A stretch of DNA of 64,000 nt, taken from IMG/VR virus record IMGVR_UViG_3300045988_181101, one strand, 5' to 3'. This DNA comes from a virus. This document shows positions 62,301 to 64,000 of this stretch, piece by piece. A program made the position numbers and the translations under genes. Each line of letters starts with the position of its first letter. The first letter of the stretch is position 1. The notes beneath the pieces are model-generated. The model worked only from the letters and a program-made list of their open reading frames with translations, was not told the origin of the DNA and did no database searches.

Positions 62301-62903
62301 CCAATATTCAAGAGTTGTTTGACTTAATTTATTATTGTTATTAATGATTCTTGCTCTGAATGTGTCATCGTCTTCTTCATCACGACCTCCTACAGCTTGA
62401 TATTCATTTGTACAATCGATATGAGATAAAGGTCTTGGTATAACCTGAGTTATACTGTTTGCGTCTACATTTGTAACTGAACCTACGATTGTACTTCTAA
62501 CGCTTACATAACCATAACCTGAATCATCAACTACTAATGGAGTGTCTACTTCAAAACGAATACCATTCTTATTAATGAAAACAGTATCAAGTCCGTATTC
62601 AGTTCCAGGTTCTGCATAAACTCTAACATATGTTGAACTACCAAGAGCGCCTTTTCTTGGACTTACGCCGAATAAGACTGCTGCACGATCAAGATATTCT
62701 CCTGTTGCATTTTCAGGGAAAATCTGAGCTTCTACAATAGCAATATCTTTTATTGCTTTTTGAGCAACCTTTGCTGTTGCAAATGCTGTTGCATTTACAA
62801 CTGAACCATCTGCAATATTCGTTGCTTTATTTGTCTTATTTTGAAAAATCTCGATCCAAAGATTTTTCAAATTTGATATTGTTGAATTAACTTTTGTAAT
62901 CAT
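59352..62903 (-). CDS. Baseplate-J-like wedge protein with 7 C-terminal tandem beta-sandwich repeats
   Basis: N-terminal 400 aa: ...IFPENATGEYLDRAAVLFGVSPRKGALGSSTYVRVYA... follows the gpJ/gp6-like pattern. Then come 7 CarboxypepD_reg-like repeats of the same family as in the giant fibre. Confidence 0.65.
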   Translation of the reverse strand: MITKVNSTISNLKNLWIEIFQNKTNKATNIADGSVVNATAFATAKVAQKAIKDIAIVEAQIFPENATGEYLDRAAVLFGVSPRKGALGSSTYVRVYAEPGTEYGLDTVFINKNGIRFEVDTPLVVDDSGYGYVSVRSTIVGSVTNVDANSITQVIPRPLSHIDCTNEYQAVGGRDEEDDDTFRARIINNNNKLSQTTLEYWTQIFQDLDPRVLKVMNVGLGENAKIYIYLITQNGSFFTDEELDVLLQKATPYLSLSDINVQGNALGVELKNAEWKYVGGDVGIDFRIELSAEYNVATVRKNIQVALTKYLDFRFWTPGKSIQWDDLLSIVKTATGVKYVPDEYFYPSFDEEVPLNQLPRIRGFRMRDLNGNILYDSGQTLSNLFYPAIKEDIYKGNQSQVLTRTQYVYFTVTTTRNSIVEGAVINVGDKILITDENGQAFIKLENGEYNYVLTKLNWNSKEGSFIVLNAAVYITINDFSAVQHSLNFTVLQGTLPAEDVEININNQVLNTDENGHVSIKLEPGSYSYTIKKEGYIQISNAVTIGIEDVDITEYIFPEPQVVNISVIDSKNNIFVPTAKVLIQDLIEDTDENGQLRLNLTEGTYNTIVKKEGYIDYDDQIKIKVQDRNNILIDLNPMPYIVTFTVLEGGTNKPIKGAVVTIDGQNYSTDSNGNAVASIPNGTHEYSINYSGYTPVTGSIVVDNGNVSRVVYLSLAYWNIKLIVKDSLTGSFVNNAKVFINNQSYYTDINGEVDFVLSNGTYQYTITQNDYRTTSGSIDVLDEDIERVVFATPKARKVSLIIKDERTQVLLVGATAVLKDKGTGVVIGNTTSNSLGVALFDDIEEGEYTYEVSFPDYEDSSGEILVEKKDVEQIVLMSLKPRDINYNIKEKDDSLESAVNSSGASISVKDLFTSQVVSGTTDSQGNFQAKGVIGSDYEITYSKYGVSKVETITIGISTVNVDLVLEATDTATFKRFYKNNLFNLPISVGNLFFGDIDFGQVSSINVKVFLSKEYNLTTEETNYFPAQTFLKTVNTAGEIVNIEVEPYLPDVTLNVTISSGFFITSNNEYLITSDGLNFKTAATPRSYTYKVTSDANEYHPAFSYEGQSDDGSPVVLNLPSYSRVTVTVNSKKYLEFSEEFEIDSKVSKILNIRLSEQPPIPIVSENGLKNITSEDNINLISEKI
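60009..61685 (-). repeat. 7 tandem ~78-86-aa CarboxypepD_reg-like domain repeats (protein level)
   Basis: YVYFTVTT..., SLNFTVLQ..., VVNISVID..., YIVTFTVL..., WNIKLIVK..., KVSLIIKD..., DINYNIKE... Confidence 0.7.
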
Positions 62904-63808
62904 ACAGTAATATTCGTTAAATATTCTTGATTTGTAATAGCTTTAGCTTTTACAGTCAAAAATACATTATCTCCTTTAATTTGCAAATCTAACAATTCAA
63001 CAGATTCCCATCTACTATCTCTCTGAAACATATTCATAACACTTTTAAATATAGAAGGATATTGAATTGCATTCACTGTTGTTCCTATAAATTCATTTGA
63101 AATACCATAATCAGGAAATTCGGGAATTGAACCTGTCAGTGAAGATGCAATGATATTTAATGCTTGTACCATTGCATCGTGACCATTCACTGTAATTAAA
63201 TCACCAGTTTTATCAAATGAAAATTTTACTGAAATATCTTTCCCTAATATCTTATCACCTACTAAAGTGTCAACTACAGTATTAACTTCATTAGAACCAG
63301 TATTACGCATATTAATATAGAATGTATTTCTCATTCCATCTTCATCATCATAATCTTCTTCTCTAATATATTGAGGTATTACAATATTTCTCCAATCATT
63401 TTCAAAATCTTCATCTCCTTTTTCTAAAGAAACATTTTCAAAATCTTCACCTAATCTTAATTTCCTACTTATTTGAATTGTATTATCTCTTCCTATAGAA
63501 GAACTTCTCAACCATCTGTTTGAATTCTTTATAGTCTCTAACTTTGTTTGAATCTCTGTAAAATCATCTAAAATATCCCACATCGAAATATCATCCAAAG
63601 CATTACCATGTAAAGAAAATAAAGGTTCTATTACATTAGTACTTTCAATTAATTTATCAAGTTTTTGAAATGCTTCAGCATTAACTATTCCCCCTTGATA
63701 AAAAGATATTATAGATGGATAATAGGTATTACTAAAATCCACAAAAGATTGAAAGAACGATTTAATATCGTATCCTGTTATCTGATTGAATTTTTCGAAT
63801 TTATCCAT
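62900..63808 (-). CDS. baseplate component, possibly GPW/gp25-like C-terminal domain
   Basis: Sits immediately upstream of the J-like gene with a 4-nt overlap. The C-terminal third (PEFPDYGISNEFIG...VELLDLQIKGDNVFLTVKAKAI) resembles gp25/W by eye only. Confidence 0.4.
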   Translation of the reverse strand: MDKFEKFNQITGYDIKSFFQSFVDFSNTYYPSIISFYQGGIVNAEAFQKLDKLIESTNVIEPLFSLHGNALDDISMWDILDDFTEIQTKLETIKNSNRWLRSSSIGRDNTIQISRKLRLGEDFENVSLEKGDEDFENDWRNIVIPQYIREEDYDDEDGMRNTFYINMRNTGSNEVNTVVDTLVGDKILGKDISVKFSFDKTGDLITVNGHDAMVQALNIIASSLTGSIPEFPDYGISNEFIGTTVNAIQYPSIFKSVMNMFQRDSRWESVELLDLQIKGDNVFLTVKAKAITNQEYLTNITV

Positions 63809-63809
63809 C

Positions 63810-64000
63810 TTATAAATTACTTGAAATATCTTTTGCTAAACTATTCACACTCTTTTGTATCGCATCTGCTGCACAAGTCTTCAATAAGGTTGTTTTAATT
63901 TTTGTACTACCAACAACAGCTTCAAGTGGAGCTATTATAGTTAAATTTAAATTGTACTCCCAAATCATATTCTTTTGTAATGATTGATTAAAACTTACTC
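63810..64000 (-). CDS. structural-module protein, C-terminal fragment (gene starts beyond right edge)
   Basis: Open frame from the window edge to TAA at 63810-63812 (...EYNLNLTIIAPLEAVVGSTKIKTTLLKTCAADAIQKSVNSLAKDISSNL). Confidence 0.4.
   Translation of the reverse strand, partial: VSFNQSLQKNMIWEYNLNLTIIAPLEAVVGSTKIKTTLLKTCAADAIQKSVNSLAKDISSNL

Noticed and set aside
1170-63898. All plus-strand ORFs in the track (for example 1170..1499, 4500..4697, 6524..6808, 15914..16168, 35348..35584, 35374..35691, 45285..45533, 56872..57111)
   Set aside because: Each lies entirely antisense to a longer minus-strand gene that has recognisable motifs or tight operon packing. Their translations are low-complexity Phe/Ser/Leu/Ile-rich strings, as expected from the reverse complement of Lys/Glu/Asn-rich AT-rich coding sequence. 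None has a promoter-like context.
1-64000. Stop-codon reassignment (as in some crAss-like or Lak-type phages of Bacteroidota)
   Set aside because: Under the standard code the genes are long, contiguous and tightly packed. TAA, TAG (for example 35760-35762) and TGA (for example 59352-59354) all occur as terminators at sensible gene ends. The two broken genes are explained by frame shifts at homopolymers, not by in-frame stops.
1-64000. Integrase, excisionase, repressor or attachment-site signatures (temperate lifestyle), toxin-antitoxin pairs, reverse transcriptase/DGR, anti-CRISPR-like cassettes
   Set aside because: I recognised none in any ORF translation. The small unknown ORFs at 144-9154 cannot be assigned by eye, so absence is not proven.

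Overview
This window is a visibly AT-rich (by eye about one-third G+C), tightly packed segment of a large tailed dsDNA phage genome. Every credible gene is on the minus strand, so transcription runs from 64000 down to 1. All plus-strand ORFs in the track look like antisense shadows.

Order along transcription:
- 64000-48400: baseplate and tail-fibre module. It holds a Baseplate-J-like protein, two fibre-like genes broken at poly-C tracts, a fibre protein of about 2,060 aa, and a possible lysis pair. It ends at a strong terminator hairpin.
- 48300-40700: HNH/NinG-like protein, DnaQ-like exonuclease, large terminase with an intein, DnaB-like helicase and primase.
- 40200-35700: 7-deazaguanine precursor genes queD, queE and folE, plus mazG and a P-loop kinase-like gene, interleaved with HNH endonuclease genes.
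- 35100-30600: DNA polymerase III alpha, split by an HNH-carrying insertion of about 1 kb.
- 29700-21900: SSB-like protein, Mre11/SbcD-like nuclease, RecA, Rad50/SbcC-like ATPase with an intein, and a RuvC-like resolvase.
- 21200-12800: NAD-dependent ligase, SNF2 helicase, RNase H, UvrD-like helicase and class II ribonucleotide reductase.
- 12100-9700: T-fold-like/kinase fusion, an HNH gene and a DpdA-like transglycosylase.
- 9100-1: small early-type genes, an ECF-type sigma factor and two tRNA genes.

A recurrent TTG-N19-21-TATCTTTA motif upstream of gene starts resembles Bacteroidota promoters and suggests a Bacteroidota host. That host assignment is an inference.

Selfish elements are unusually dense: four paralogous Zn-ribbon/HNH genes (one fused in frame to queE), two LAGLIDADG inteins (one with class 3 signatures) and a candidate intron in dnaE. 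All family assignments come from motifs read by eye. No database search was run.
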